From Leptolyngbyaceae cyanobacterium (GTDB lineage Bacteria; Cyanobacteriota; Cyanobacteriia; Phormidesmidales; Phormidesmidaceae): 40,242 nt of DNA. Within the stretch, counting starts at the first letter, position 1. Each line of letters opens with the position of its first letter. The notes under the pieces were generated by a model. The model did no database searches and was not told where the DNA came from. It worked only from the letters and a program-made list of their open reading frames with translations. The position numbers and the translations under genes were made by a program. This document shows positions 1-8,880 of the stretch, piece after piece. The DNA is taken from NCBI GenBank assembly GCA_965263355.1, contig CBDHHL010000028.1, forward strand, positions 1 through 40,242, written 5' to 3'.

Positions 1-600
1 AAAATAGAGCAACTGGCACACTAAAAAGCAAATTTAACGACAGAATGCGGGTTTCAGCGCTTTTTAGCTTTAGTGCATCAGTACTATAATCTTTGGGTGA
101 AACTTAGATTCTATTTAACAGACGTTAACCCCCTGGATTCTGCAAAAAAGCATTCAAAAAATCACTGGGTTTCACCTACTAATTCACTGCTTTTCAGTAG
201 TTATTTCATAGTTATTTCAAGTGCTTTTTGTCGGCTGTATCCCTTGCTATATATACGTTTCAGCTATTTCTATGCTTTAATATTTTATATATTTCAATTT
301 CAAACTTTCTGTTTTAGAAATAGATAGAGGCTAATAGGGCATAGATAGGGAGCACTCCCATAGAAAACAGAAAGTTTGAGCCAAAAAAAGGCCATTTCGA
401 TAAAAAAATCGCTGAAACCATTGATATAAAAGGATTTCAAAATTCAAGTTTTAGTGAAATTCCTAGGAATTTACTAATGATTTTTGTGAAAAAACTGATC
501 ACTTTTTGGGCTTAACTACCACTAGTCCTACAAATCACTATCAACTGGCACACTCAACCAGAGTTTTATGAAGACAGCCTATTTAGTGCTATTTGATACA
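1..600. other. AT-rich non-coding region, candidate replication origin
   Basis: No credible ORF; exact 13-bp repeat CAACTGGCACACT at 10-22 and 542-554; tandem TAGTTATTTCA at 198-219; several TGAAAC/GTTTCA motifs; lies just downstream of the primase-helicase. Confidence 0.45.
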
Positions 601-712
601 TCGCTAAGCTTTTCTTAGGTCCCCTCGTTCTAGGAAAGGGGGAGGGGAAAGCGGCGGCAGTTTTGTTTTGCTGGCTCTAGAACTGGTTGTAGCGGTCGAT
701 ACTGGCCAAAGT

Positions 713-745
713 AAAAGCGCCTCAGGTTTGGTGGCCTGAAGCGCT
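713..745 (-). terminator. Intrinsic terminator of the primase-helicase gene
   Basis: Minus strand AGCGCTTCAGG-loop-CCTGAGGCGCT followed by TTT, about 30 nt after the stop. Confidence 0.65.
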
Positions 746-775
746 CGTGTAGTTGTCTGTTTCGATGTTTGTAGT

Positions 776-3025
776 TCAGTTGAATAGTCCTAGCATTTTT
801 CTAATGTCAACGTCTTTTAGGGGAGGTAGTGTTAGCGGGATGCCTTCTCCTGTCTTCCTCTGAGTTTCGGCCCCGGCGGCAAGGATGTATTTTTTCCAAT
901 TTCTCATTTTTAATGGTTTGCAGCCTGTGTTAAGTACCCATTCTTTATAACGATTGTACCAGACACTAATTATCTGAGTTTGAGCAACGGATAGTTCTAG
1001 ATGTTCCATCCATTCGTAGACAGTATTTGACTCTGCCAAGTGGCGTTGCTGTAATGCTATATTTTCTTCAGACTTGAGATGAGTTTTTAGTGTTTCCACT
1101 GCTTCATCTAGGGAGATAGCCCAAGCCCAATTAAATATTCCTGGTAGCTCAGCTTTTAGCTTGTTAGCCAGCTCAGTATCGATCTCGGTAGGTTTGCGGC
1201 TAAATGGGATGTATAGTACTCGCCTACTAAGGCCCTCTTGGTCAGCTGCCCTGGACTTGATCGGCTGGTTCATGGCTGCCCATAAGACAGTTCTAAATTC
1301 TTCTGTTCGTTTGTCTTTATATTTAGCTTCTACGTCCAGGGGTTCATTGACACAGATTGAGTTGATATTCCCGACTGCCTGACTGCTCAACTCGCCTTTG
1401 AGATCCATTGCAAAACAAGCCCGTTTGCCGGACATCCCGTTCATGCCGCGAGCGTCATTTACATTGTGATAATTCCAGGCGGCATAACTGCCCTCGCCTA
1501 CCAGCTGCGTTAACACACTCAAGAATGTTCCTTTACCAATGCCAGCTGGGCCAATTAGAACAGGCCATATATGGATAGGGTAAGGGCCTTGTTTTTTAGG
1601 GGTGATCGTCCAACGAATAAGGGCTTGAATAATCTCTGGCCACTTTTCATCATCTTCAAATACCCAATTTAGCCAGGTTAACCACTGGATGCATTGCGCC
1701 TCAGGGTCATACGAAAACCCTAATGTCTGAGTAATATAATTTTGAGGAGAGTGGGGCATAAGCTCTTTTTTATTAAGCTCCAGCACTCCATTAATAAATC
1801 CTAGTAGATGCGGCTGGTCAAATTGGTCTTTACTTAATCGGGTTTTGTTTTCTACAAACCTCAGTTCTTGCGCCGCGATCGCACGCTTCCTATTTAGCCA
1901 GTGCTGGGCATCAGCTATTTGTTCGGAAAGTAATTTCCAGGCTTCCTCGCCTACGTCTTTCCAGACACCTTCTGGATAATATTGACGTTTTGAATAATCA
2001 GGGATATTGGCATAAATCCCATGCAAGGATAGCCAACTGATTAACCCCCTAACATGATGCTGTTTATTAATAGGAGTATCTTTGTGGGCATCGTCTCCCA
2101 ATGGTTCAGCCGCAAACAGGCACTCAGTATCTAATGATTTGTCTTCCCACTTGCATTTTACTAATGGCAATGCATGTCTTAACAATTCCTTTACTGGCGA
2201 TTCGCCCAATAGCATAATTGCGTCATCTAAGCCTAGTTTTTTGGTCTTTTTTTCATTACTAAGCTTCAACCGTGTTGGAAGCAGTGCATATTTTAGCTTT
2301 TTAGCTAATGCTAGTGTTCGGGTAGGCGCTCGCTCATTAGAACATGTCTCGTCTATTTCGAGCTGATGATAAGCCTCTATTAAGTTTCCAGCCAATGCTT
2401 TAATGGCCCTAGCGACTTGATGTTTGTGGGTGATATCGCTATCAAAAACTATGGTTAAGGTTTGCGCGGCTCTAATATCAATCTCATCAACCAGGCATCC
2501 TAGAGCACGATTACCCCATTCATCCTTATCGCCAGTCTTGTAACTGTCAACTCCTCCAATCCCTATGCATGGAATATTACAGAGTGTTGCCAGTAGGCTT
2601 TTTTTCTCGCCTTCTGTTAAGGCTAGATTAAGGCCTGAAAGCTTAGTAAAATCGACTTTGTTAGCCACTCTCGGAAAATAAATCCGTGGGGGCGCCCCTT
2701 TTGGGGACAGATATGTGCATTTTGGGCTTGGCGGGTTGTCTGGCCTGAGTCTAAAAAATGGCCTGCTATCATCCCCCCATCGATATACATCTTTGCCGTC
2801 AATCGTGAAATAAGTGAATATCAGACCGGCTCTACCGTGGCCTGTGAGCGTTCTAGCTAAGGCAGCATCAGCGCTAAATATGCCAGCTACTAGGGCAGCA
2901 CTGGGACTTATACCGCTTTCTGCTAAATGACTAACGTGATGGGCTTCTAGATAGTGCTGCTCGGGCAGCTCGGGAATAAACTTGCGTATTGATTTCCATC
3001 CAAAATCAGCTCCTAATCCACTCAT
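776..3025 (-). CDS. Primase-helicase: N-terminal DUF3854/Toprim-like domain plus D5/P4-type SF3 helicase
   Basis: LALTEGEKK...IGIGGV and IVFDSD Toprim-like motifs, KKLGLDD, D5_N-like LGFINGVLEL..HSPQNYIT, Walker A GPAGIGKGT, motif C AAMN, LSRR arginine finger. Confidence 0.88.
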   Translation of the reverse strand: MSGLGADFGWKSIRKFIPELPEQHYLEAHHVSHLAESGISPSAALVAGIFSADAALARTLTGHGRAGLIFTYFTIDGKDVYRWGDDSRPFFRLRPDNPPSPKCTYLSPKGAPPRIYFPRVANKVDFTKLSGLNLALTEGEKKSLLATLCNIPCIGIGGVDSYKTGDKDEWGNRALGCLVDEIDIRAAQTLTIVFDSDITHKHQVARAIKALAGNLIEAYHQLEIDETCSNERAPTRTLALAKKLKYALLPTRLKLSNEKKTKKLGLDDAIMLLGESPVKELLRHALPLVKCKWEDKSLDTECLFAAEPLGDDAHKDTPINKQHHVRGLISWLSLHGIYANIPDYSKRQYYPEGVWKDVGEEAWKLLSEQIADAQHWLNRKRAIAAQELRFVENKTRLSKDQFDQPHLLGFINGVLELNKKELMPHSPQNYITQTLGFSYDPEAQCIQWLTWLNWVFEDDEKWPEIIQALIRWTITPKKQGPYPIHIWPVLIGPAGIGKGTFLSVLTQLVGEGSYAAWNYHNVNDARGMNGMSGKRACFAMDLKGELSSQAVGNINSICVNEPLDVEAKYKDKRTEEFRTVLWAAMNQPIKSRAADQEGLSRRVLYIPFSRKPTEIDTELANKLKAELPGIFNWAWAISLDEAVETLKTHLKSEENIALQQRHLAESNTVYEWMEHLELSVAQTQIISVWYNRYKEWVLNTGCKPLKMRNWKKYILAAGAETQRKTGEGIPLTLPPLKDVDIRKMLGLFN

Positions 3026-3088
3026 ATTTATTAAATTCCAGGAAGCCCATTATATTTGCTGCGTTTTATATAATGGCATTGCTTTACA

Positions 3089-3152
3089 AGCATGGCTGTA
3101 TTTTTTCTTTTTTGTCAAGCCCCTTGACAAACTTGATTGTATTTTTTAGTGT
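3089..3152. promoter_or_regulatory. Back-to-back divergent sigma70-like promoters
   Basis: TTGTCAAG-CCC-CTTGACAA palindrome (3112-3130) supplies TTGACA on both strands; plus strand TTGACA(3124)-17 nt-TAGTGT; minus strand TTGACA(3118)-18 nt-CATGCT. Confidence 0.6.
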
Positions 3153-3227
3153 TGTACTTGTAAGGTTTAGGGCGGTTCGATGCCACGTTTGCCCTAACTC
3201 GATGTTCAAAAATTGGAATTTATTATT

Positions 3228-4409
3228 ATGGCTCGATTTCAAAAGAAAGGCTCTAGCACTCAAGCTGTTGAAACTACTGCAACTGCGATTGCACCAAACA
3301 TCAATCTTACTCAAAGGTTAATGGACCTTGAGACAGAGTTATTGAGTGCTGGGATTAGCGAAGATAAAATTGACATTCCAGATCAGAGTTTGCCGGAAGA
3401 TATTCGTGAGGCGTTTAACCAGCTTTGCAGCAAGCTGGGTTTTACTGAGTACAATCCAGATGGCTGTACTTGCGTTTTTGTAAACAATGATAATGGCGGT
3501 TATTTAGCCACACCTGCTGTTTACGCTTATGAAGACGGGATTTGTGTCAGATGGGGACAGCAGCGATTTGTCATCCCTAATGAAACTGTATTTCCTAGCG
3601 ATTTGTACGCGCTTAATTTAGGCGATGACACGCTGATTTTAGATCCATCTGGATATGCGTTGGTTTGCCCTGTTCGCTTACAGTATGAGCATCGCTCTGA
3701 AGATGGGCGAAAACTCGTTAGTGCTCGTTTATCTATGGCAAATACGCCTGAAAAACTTACTGGGTTTTTGTTGCGAGGTGAGGAAAGAATCAAGTGGGGG
3801 GATGTAGAAGACGGTTCAGATATTGAGTTTGCCCATATTAAATGGGTTCCCAAGAGAGACAAAGAAGGTGAATTTTACGGATCTATCTTAGGTGCTATCG
3901 GTGAAAAACCAGTGCTTTTTTACGCACCAGGCAATAAAGAAGATTGGGCAAAGTTTTCTATTGATGAAAATGGTTGGTTCGCTGAAGAACTAACCGTTTC
4001 CAAGGAAGGCAAAAAACTTAGTGTCAATGGGCATGAGTTTGAGCTGACGGGAGGCAATTACATGAAGCTTTCCGAGCTTACCCCTGAGGCTGAATATAAG
4101 GTAGTTGGTTACAAAAAGACTCAGGGCAAGTTTGGTGATGGGGTTGAAATTTATGCCATTGTTGATGGCTCTGAGAAGACGATCAATGGCAATACTTATA
4201 TTAAACGGGTGCTTTTGGGCTCTACTACTCAATTAAGCATTGATGCCCCTGCGATCCTTTCTATTGATAGGATTGAAGAGATGAAGAACAAAAACAAGCG
4301 AGTTATTTGTCGTTTACGTTTGCCTGAATCTTCTCAAAGTTCTTTTGTTGCGGGCATCAAGGCTCGTCTTGCTGAGAATTCTAAGGCTCCTCAGCCAGCC
4401 GCTATTTAA
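3228..4409 (+). CDS. Hypothetical phage replication-region protein, possibly with a C-terminal OB-fold
   Basis: Long ORF, ATG at 3228 (MARFQKKG); beta-rich C-terminus YMKLSELTPEAEYKVVGYKKTQGKFG resembles OB-fold ssDNA binders; divergent from the primase. Confidence 0.6.
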   Translation: MARFQKKGSSTQAVETTATAIAPNINLTQRLMDLETELLSAGISEDKIDIPDQSLPEDIREAFNQLCSKLGFTEYNPDGCTCVFVNNDNGGYLATPAVYAYEDGICVRWGQQRFVIPNETVFPSDLYALNLGDDTLILDPSGYALVCPVRLQYEHRSEDGRKLVSARLSMANTPEKLTGFLLRGEERIKWGDVEDGSDIEFAHIKWVPKRDKEGEFYGSILGAIGEKPVLFYAPGNKEDWAKFSIDENGWFAEELTVSKEGKKLSVNGHEFELTGGNYMKLSELTPEAEYKVVGYKKTQGKFGDGVEIYAIVDGSEKTINGNTYIKRVLLGSTTQLSIDAPAILSIDRIEEMKNKNKRVICRLRLPESSQSSFVAGIKARLAENSKAPQPAAI

Positions 4410-4422
4410 TAGTTAGTTTGAT

Positions 4423-4460
4423 GCAGGGGTCGTCATGGCCTCTGCTGTCTTGTTTTTTTG
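4423..4460 (+). terminator. Hairpin with U-tract between the 3228 gene and the Dam-like gene
   Basis: GCAGGGGTC-gtcat-GGCCTCTGC stem followed by TGTCTTGTTTTTTT. Confidence 0.5.
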
Positions 4461-4462
4461 AA

Positions 4463-5503
4463 ATGGTCATGAAAACAGGTTTATTCCCCACCCCTGGCAG
4501 CAAAAAAGATCGCGTTAAGTATCCTATATGGGACAGACGCTATGTTTATGATGCCAGCATTGAACCTTTTGCCTGTGCTGGCCACTTCAGTCATTGGATG
4601 CTCGGTAACGGAATTGTTAAGCGGGCTTTCTTGGCTGATATAGATCCTGTTGTCCAGATAGTTTATCGATGCTGGCAAGATGACAGTTTAAGGCAGCAAG
4701 TAGAGAAGACTATTAATAATTGGTCTAAAGAAGTGCTCTCGAAGGGGCCAAAGGTTGTTTACGAAAACCTTAAAGCTATTGTTGATACTAAGGATACAAG
4801 CGACTGTGTAACACTTGCTGCCGCATCTCTGTTGATTCGCGAGTTCACGTTTATGAGCTGCCTCAGGGCGAATACTAAGGGGCGATTAAACGTAAAAGAG
4901 AGTCGAGATAAGGTAGCCAGCCTCAAAAAAAAGTCTGGGTTTGTGAAAAATGAACCTCAATTATCGCCAGAGTTACTTGAGTCCTTGAATGATGGCTGGG
5001 GTTATAAGATGCCTTGGTTTGGCCCTGATTGGAGGCTTCACTTTTCTAATGACGCCCATGCTTGTATTGATAGTTTTGAACTTTCTTTTACTGGCAAGGC
5101 GATCGCTTTGCATGATGCACCTTATTGGGTGCCGAAAGGGTCTAGACCGGGACGACGGGGGACAGGGGCATTAACACCGTCTTACATTTGCCATGGTGAC
5201 CCACAGGGAATTGAGTTGTTTGATTTGATTGTTAGCACGCTAGAAAGGCTGTTGGCTAACCCTCGAATTGAACGGGTTGTGATGACTAATTATATTTCAG
5301 ACCCATTGTGTGAGGCGATTGAACGGATGGATAAGCTTGGCCGTGATTGGCGGCTAACATCTCTTAGCGTTTTGACTGGGGGCAACAACGGGATTAACGG
5401 CAATAGTCGAGACGATCAGTTTGTCGAGGGTTTTTGGGAATTCGGGGGCGAGTTTACGCTGGGGAAATACGAACAAAAAAGTTTATTGGAGCTGGCGGTT
5501 TGA
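4463..5503 (+). CDS. Divergent Dam-like (D12 class) DNA adenine methyltransferase
   Basis: Motif X-like PTPGSKK, motif I-like IEPFACAG, motif II LADID and motif IV-like HDAPY in alpha-class order; start at 4463 or 4469. Confidence 0.7.
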   Translation: MVMKTGLFPTPGSKKDRVKYPIWDRRYVYDASIEPFACAGHFSHWMLGNGIVKRAFLADIDPVVQIVYRCWQDDSLRQQVEKTINNWSKEVLSKGPKVVYENLKAIVDTKDTSDCVTLAAASLLIREFTFMSCLRANTKGRLNVKESRDKVASLKKKSGFVKNEPQLSPELLESLNDGWGYKMPWFGPDWRLHFSNDAHACIDSFELSFTGKAIALHDAPYWVPKGSRPGRRGTGALTPSYICHGDPQGIELFDLIVSTLERLLANPRIERVVMTNYISDPLCEAIERMDKLGRDWRLTSLSVLTGGNNGINGNSRDDQFVEGFWEFGGEFTLGKYEQKSLLELAV

Positions 5504-6174
5504 TGGCTGAATGGACATTAGAACAAATTAAGAACGAAGTTGAAAAATACGAACAGTCCAGAAAGATTAGAACCAAGATCTTAAATATGATTTGCCAGGG
5601 TGGGGGCCATGTTCTGCCGCCGTCTCGATCAGGTGCCGTTTTAAGCGCATTCCGTCGGGCTGGATTGCTCATAGAAGACAATGAGCTTGCCCCTGGAGTC
5701 CGTGAAATATGGATGAAGTATAAAAAACTTGAACCATTTACTGAGGTTGAATTAATCGAAACAGCGTTTGAGTTACTAACTGATATTCAGGCTAGAGAAT
5801 TCGAGAGTTTCTTGACTATGCACACTCCTATGAATCAGCGGGTCCGTGATGCACTTATAAGGCTAAAGTTAATAGAGTCTGGCTCAGGCCGTTATGATTT
5901 TCATGCGACTGAGCTGGTCAGAAAGCTATGGTTCAAAAGCAATAGGCAACGGACAATTCAAACAGAGATATATTCTAGACCAAGAATTTTTAGACAAGAC
6001 CCAATTCGCGAAGTTTCCCCGTTTGCTGGCTTGGAATATGCCGACATCTTGGAATATCAAGTGTTAAGGGAAAGTCAGAAAGACTATGTTTTTGCCCTGT
6101 TATTTAACGGGGAAATCAATAAAGCTAAACAATACTTGAGAGGAACTAAGCGTGAACTGTCCAGAAGAAATTAA
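5503..6174 (+). CDS. Hypothetical protein (possible winged-helix repeats)
   Basis: ATG overlaps the upstream TGA (TGATG); segments VLSAFRRAGLL and VRDALIRLKLIES loosely resemble wHTH. Confidence 0.65.
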   Translation: MAEWTLEQIKNEVEKYEQSRKIRTKILNMICQGGGHVLPPSRSGAVLSAFRRAGLLIEDNELAPGVREIWMKYKKLEPFTEVELIETAFELLTDIQAREFESFLTMHTPMNQRVRDALIRLKLIESGSGRYDFHATELVRKLWFKSNRQRTIQTEIYSRPRIFRQDPIREVSPFAGLEYADILEYQVLRESQKDYVFALLFNGEINKAKQYLRGTKRELSRRN

Positions 6175-6286
6175 AATAATTGCTCGCCAAAATGAAATCA
6201 ATAAAAAATGGCGAGCGTATGCAGGCGATAAAGCTTTGTTCCGCCTTGTATGGGCATGGATGTTTGCCGAGGGACAAAGACGATAA
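6152..6286 (+). CDS. Small hypothetical protein (44 aa, not in ORF track)
   Basis: GAGAGGA then GTG at 6152; MNCPEEIKIIARQNEINKKWRAYAGDKALFRLVWAWMFAEGQRR*; fills the operon gap. Confidence 0.45.
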   Translation: MNCPEEIKIIARQNEINKKWRAYAGDKALFRLVWAWMFAEGQRR

Positions 6287-6347
6287 CAACCGCGAATCTC
6301 GCATGTGTCGTATTGTTTGTTTGAATGTTTTGCCGTAGGGGAAATTT

Positions 6348-6593
6348 GTGGAACCAGTAGTATTAACGCCTAGGCAGTATGAGATTATTATGCTCATTAG
6401 CAAGGGCTGGTATAATAAAAAAATTGCCAGAGAGCTTGAAATCACCGTTCGTGTCGTCCGTAGTCATCTTAAGTTTGCCCGTGATAAAAATGGAGCTGTG
6501 ACGACTGGACAACTGATGTATTGGATAGGGCAAAGAGGCGTCGTTTCCAGTGATGAACGTGGCAAACATATGAAGCAACTCAACGTCGCTTAG
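6348..6593 (+). CDS. Stand-alone LuxR/GerE-type HTH regulator
   Basis: LTPRQYEIIMLISKGWYNKKIARELEITVRVVRSHL matches the LuxR consensus LTxRExE(V/I)LxLxxxGxxNKEIAxxLxISxxTVxxH. Confidence 0.85.
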   Translation: MEPVVLTPRQYEIIMLISKGWYNKKIARELEITVRVVRSHLKFARDKNGAVTTGQLMYWIGQRGVVSSDERGKHMKQLNVA

Positions 6594-6774
6594 CCCAGCT
6601 TGGAACATAGTCAGTACGATCGCAATTAGCCGCATATTCTCCAATTAATGGCAGTAGAACTTTATCGGCTGCCGCTAATATTTCGTCTCTTAGTAAATCT
6701 TGCACTGGGATCCCCAGCTGCCTAGCCTTTTCAAGTACAGCTGAGTCCACTGGAATTGTGATATTCGCCTTCAA
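6580..6774 (-). CDS. CcdA-like ribbon-helix-helix small protein
   Basis: GGAGG then TTG at 6774; KANITIPVDSAVLEKARQLGIPVQDLLRDEI resembles the CcdA/RHH pattern. Confidence 0.55.
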   Translation of the reverse strand: MKANITIPVDSAVLEKARQLGIPVQDLLRDEILAAADKVLLPLIGEYAANCDRTDYVPSWAKRR

Positions 6775-6776
6775 AA

Positions 6777-7568
6777 TCAACCTCCAAGTCCTTTGATATA
6801 GTTCCAAATCATATGGTCATCAACTATGAAAGCCTCAGCGGTCAGCCCCTTGATCGCTGAGGCAAACTTTTCGATACGGGTTACTGTGTCAGGCTCTTTG
6901 GCCCTGACATTTTGCCATTCGTCAGGGCTTTCTATGATTTTTCCCGTCTGATGGTTCGTGATTATCTCATGGCACCATGGATGAGACGCACCGACTCTGA
7001 CATCTAAGCCGATTAGGTCTAGTACTTTTTTGGTTGTATCGAAGCTCAGCATAATTCTACACACAGGGTCTGACCCATTGCGGACCTGCCAAGTTTTACT
7101 TTCTAGGCCTAATGCCCGGTGTTTATCGGCCCCGGCTTCATCCATGCCCCTGGGTGCTCCAAAGGTGCTGATACTTTCTACAGGAAAACCATTGTCAGCT
7201 GCAATCATGCCGAACATCAAAGCGATTGCGCCTCCAAGGCTATGGCCAATCAGTTCTAATGGGCTATCTAATAAATTTTCTTTCTGGCAATGCTGCATAA
7301 ACTTCAAAGCGCCATCGTAAAACCCAGTATGAGCCTTGAAGTCTTTGCATTCTTTATGGGGCCAAAAAATTAGATTAGATTGTTTCCAGTCAGACCATAG
7401 GGTATCGGTGCCTCTAAAAATAATGGTTGTTTTTTCTTTGCTTTTGAGATACCAAGCGACATTATTTTCTATCGTTATTTTTTTATAGTGCTCAAGAAAG
7501 CCAGCTGGGTTTTGCAGATAAGAAGCGTGGGCCAGTTGGGCTTGGTAGATGAGTCGGGATTGCTTCAT
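6777..7568 (-). CDS. Class 3 lipase (alpha/beta hydrolase)
   Basis: IIFRGT, HTGF, nucleophile elbow GHSLGGA, STFGAPR, DPV (Asp) and C-terminal DH (His); ATGA overlap with the upstream gene. Confidence 0.9.
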   Translation of the reverse strand: MKQSRLIYQAQLAHASYLQNPAGFLEHYKKITIENNVAWYLKSKEKTTIIFRGTDTLWSDWKQSNLIFWPHKECKDFKAHTGFYDGALKFMQHCQKENLLDSPLELIGHSLGGAIALMFGMIAADNGFPVESISTFGAPRGMDEAGADKHRALGLESKTWQVRNGSDPVCRIMLSFDTTKKVLDLIGLDVRVGASHPWCHEIITNHQTGKIIESPDEWQNVRAKEPDTVTRIEKFASAIKGLTAEAFIVDDHMIWNYIKGLGG

Positions 7569-7762
7569 TTTCGCGGAAAACAATTAGCAATTTCAATACT
7601 TAATACGCCTGCAAAAAATAGCAGAACGGTTAAGGTGAACGCGAGAGCCAGTAATAGACCAAATGCTTGCAGTAGGAAAGATAGTGGGATAATTTTTAGG
7701 ATATGCATTAGCAAAAAACCTATCAGGATAGGTTGCCAGAGCCTATTAAATATCTTGATCAT
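7565..7762 (-). CDS. Small 2-TM membrane protein (holin-like candidate)
   Basis: 65 aa, almost entirely hydrophobic, within the lysis block. Confidence 0.55.
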   Translation of the reverse strand: MIKIFNRLWQPILIGFLLMHILKIIPLSFLLQAFGLLLALAFTLTVLLFFAGVLSIEIANCFPRK

Positions 7763-7771
7763 TTTTTCTTT

Positions 7772-7990
7772 TTAGCTTTCTTTTTCTTCTTCTTTGAAGT
7801 CGCCTTCCCATTTTTTGAATATGCTTTCTTCATGTAAGTCGAACCCCGCGTTAATAATGGCAATTGAGATGGTCGCAAACATCCAGATAATGGCGATCGC
7901 TTGCAGCACTGAGAATTTAACGAACCACAAAGCGATCGCGCCAATCAGAGCCACGCTAGAAGTGAATAGTTCTTTCTGCTTTTGAGACAT
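7772..7990 (-). CDS. Small 2-TM membrane protein (class II holin-like candidate)
   Basis: Two hydrophobic helices and a highly charged C-tail (KKWEGDFKEEEKES), next to the endolysin. Confidence 0.6.
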   Translation of the reverse strand: MSQKQKELFTSSVALIGAIALWFVKFSVLQAIAIIWMFATISIAIINAGFDLHEESIFKKWEGDFKEEEKES

Positions 7991-8087
7991 CAGATTTCCC
8001 TATAGTTGCGGTTTTCTTGACGGGGATCAGTTACGGTAGGCTCGTCGTTAATGGCAAACAGAAAATGGATTTTGTATTTTACGTTGC

Positions 8088-8126
8088 ATTGCCACTGGCG
8101 TTGTTACTGCTAATGCCAGTGGCAAT
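8088..8126. terminator. Stem-loop downstream of the lysozyme gene
   Basis: ATTGCCACTGGC ... GCCAGTGGCAAT perfect 12-bp inverted repeat. Confidence 0.55.
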
Positions 8127-8138
8127 TTTCACTGAGTA

Positions 8139-8876
8139 TCACTCGAACGATTTATAGACTCCTTCATTAAATAGATGGGCTTCAGACTTGCGACGACGTA
8201 CTAAGCCTTGCAATACTTTGTTGCCGCCTTTAACCCACATATTGAAGGCATCGGCTACGCCTTCGAATTCTTCGTTGTTAACCCGCTTTAATAGCGTGGA
8301 ATCCTCCAATGCACCAAGTCCACAGTTGAACGCAAAGCTGACTAACGCCGAAAACTGATCATGGGTCAAGGGTACTGTCACCAGTTCTTGGACCCCATGC
8401 ATAAAGCGTTTCAAATCCTTGTGCAGCAGATCGTCGGCTTCATCTTGGCTAATCGTCATGCCTTCTTGAATATGCTTGCCAGTGCTGCCATAACCGATTG
8501 TTAGGACATTTGCAGCACAATAGTAAGCAGTAAGCTTGCAGCCTTCGAAAGCCTTTAGTAACTCTAGACCTTGATCACTAATTCGGTTGTATGTCGCTGC
8601 TGCAGCACGCACATTAGGATCTGTAGTATCCGCAACTTCGTAGTCGGTGTGGCTGGGTACGAGATAAACAGAGTTTCGCCCGTCAACAGTCTTAAATTTT
8701 TCACCAGGGTCTTGAGATAGCGTGATATATAAATTGTCACGCTCTAATTCGGGTCTTGCTGCAATTATATTAATCCATTCGCCCGCTCTGACTGGTTCTT
8801 TCTCGTAGTCCCCCAGCTGATCAGGGGGGACTGGCCTGTGTTTCAGGAATGAATCCTGTAAAAATGTTACTTTCAT
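8139..8876 (-). CDS. Endolysin, GH24 phage lysozyme with cyanobacterial-type N-terminal domain
   Basis: LLKAFEGCKLTAYYCAANVLTIGYG, QFSALVSFAFNCG, GLVRRRKSE; ATG at 8876 (MKVTFLQDSFLK). Confidence 0.92.
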   Translation of the reverse strand: MKVTFLQDSFLKHRPVPPDQLGDYEKEPVRAGEWINIIAARPELERDNLYITLSQDPGEKFKTVDGRNSVYLVPSHTDYEVADTTDPNVRAAAATYNRISDQGLELLKAFEGCKLTAYYCAANVLTIGYGSTGKHIQEGMTISQDEADDLLHKDLKRFMHGVQELVTVPLTHDQFSALVSFAFNCGLGALEDSTLLKRVNNEEFEGVADAFNMWVKGGNKVLQGLVRRRKSEAHLFNEGVYKSFE

Positions 8877-8880
8877 ATTA

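Noticed and set aside
73..327. 84-aa ORF in the AT-rich left end
   Set aside because: Low-complexity F/Y/S/I translation of repeat-rich DNA, no RBS; more likely non-coding
2989..3321. Overlapping ORFs 2989-3321(+) and 3084-3314(-)
   Set aside because: They span the divergent promoter region and overlap better-supported genes
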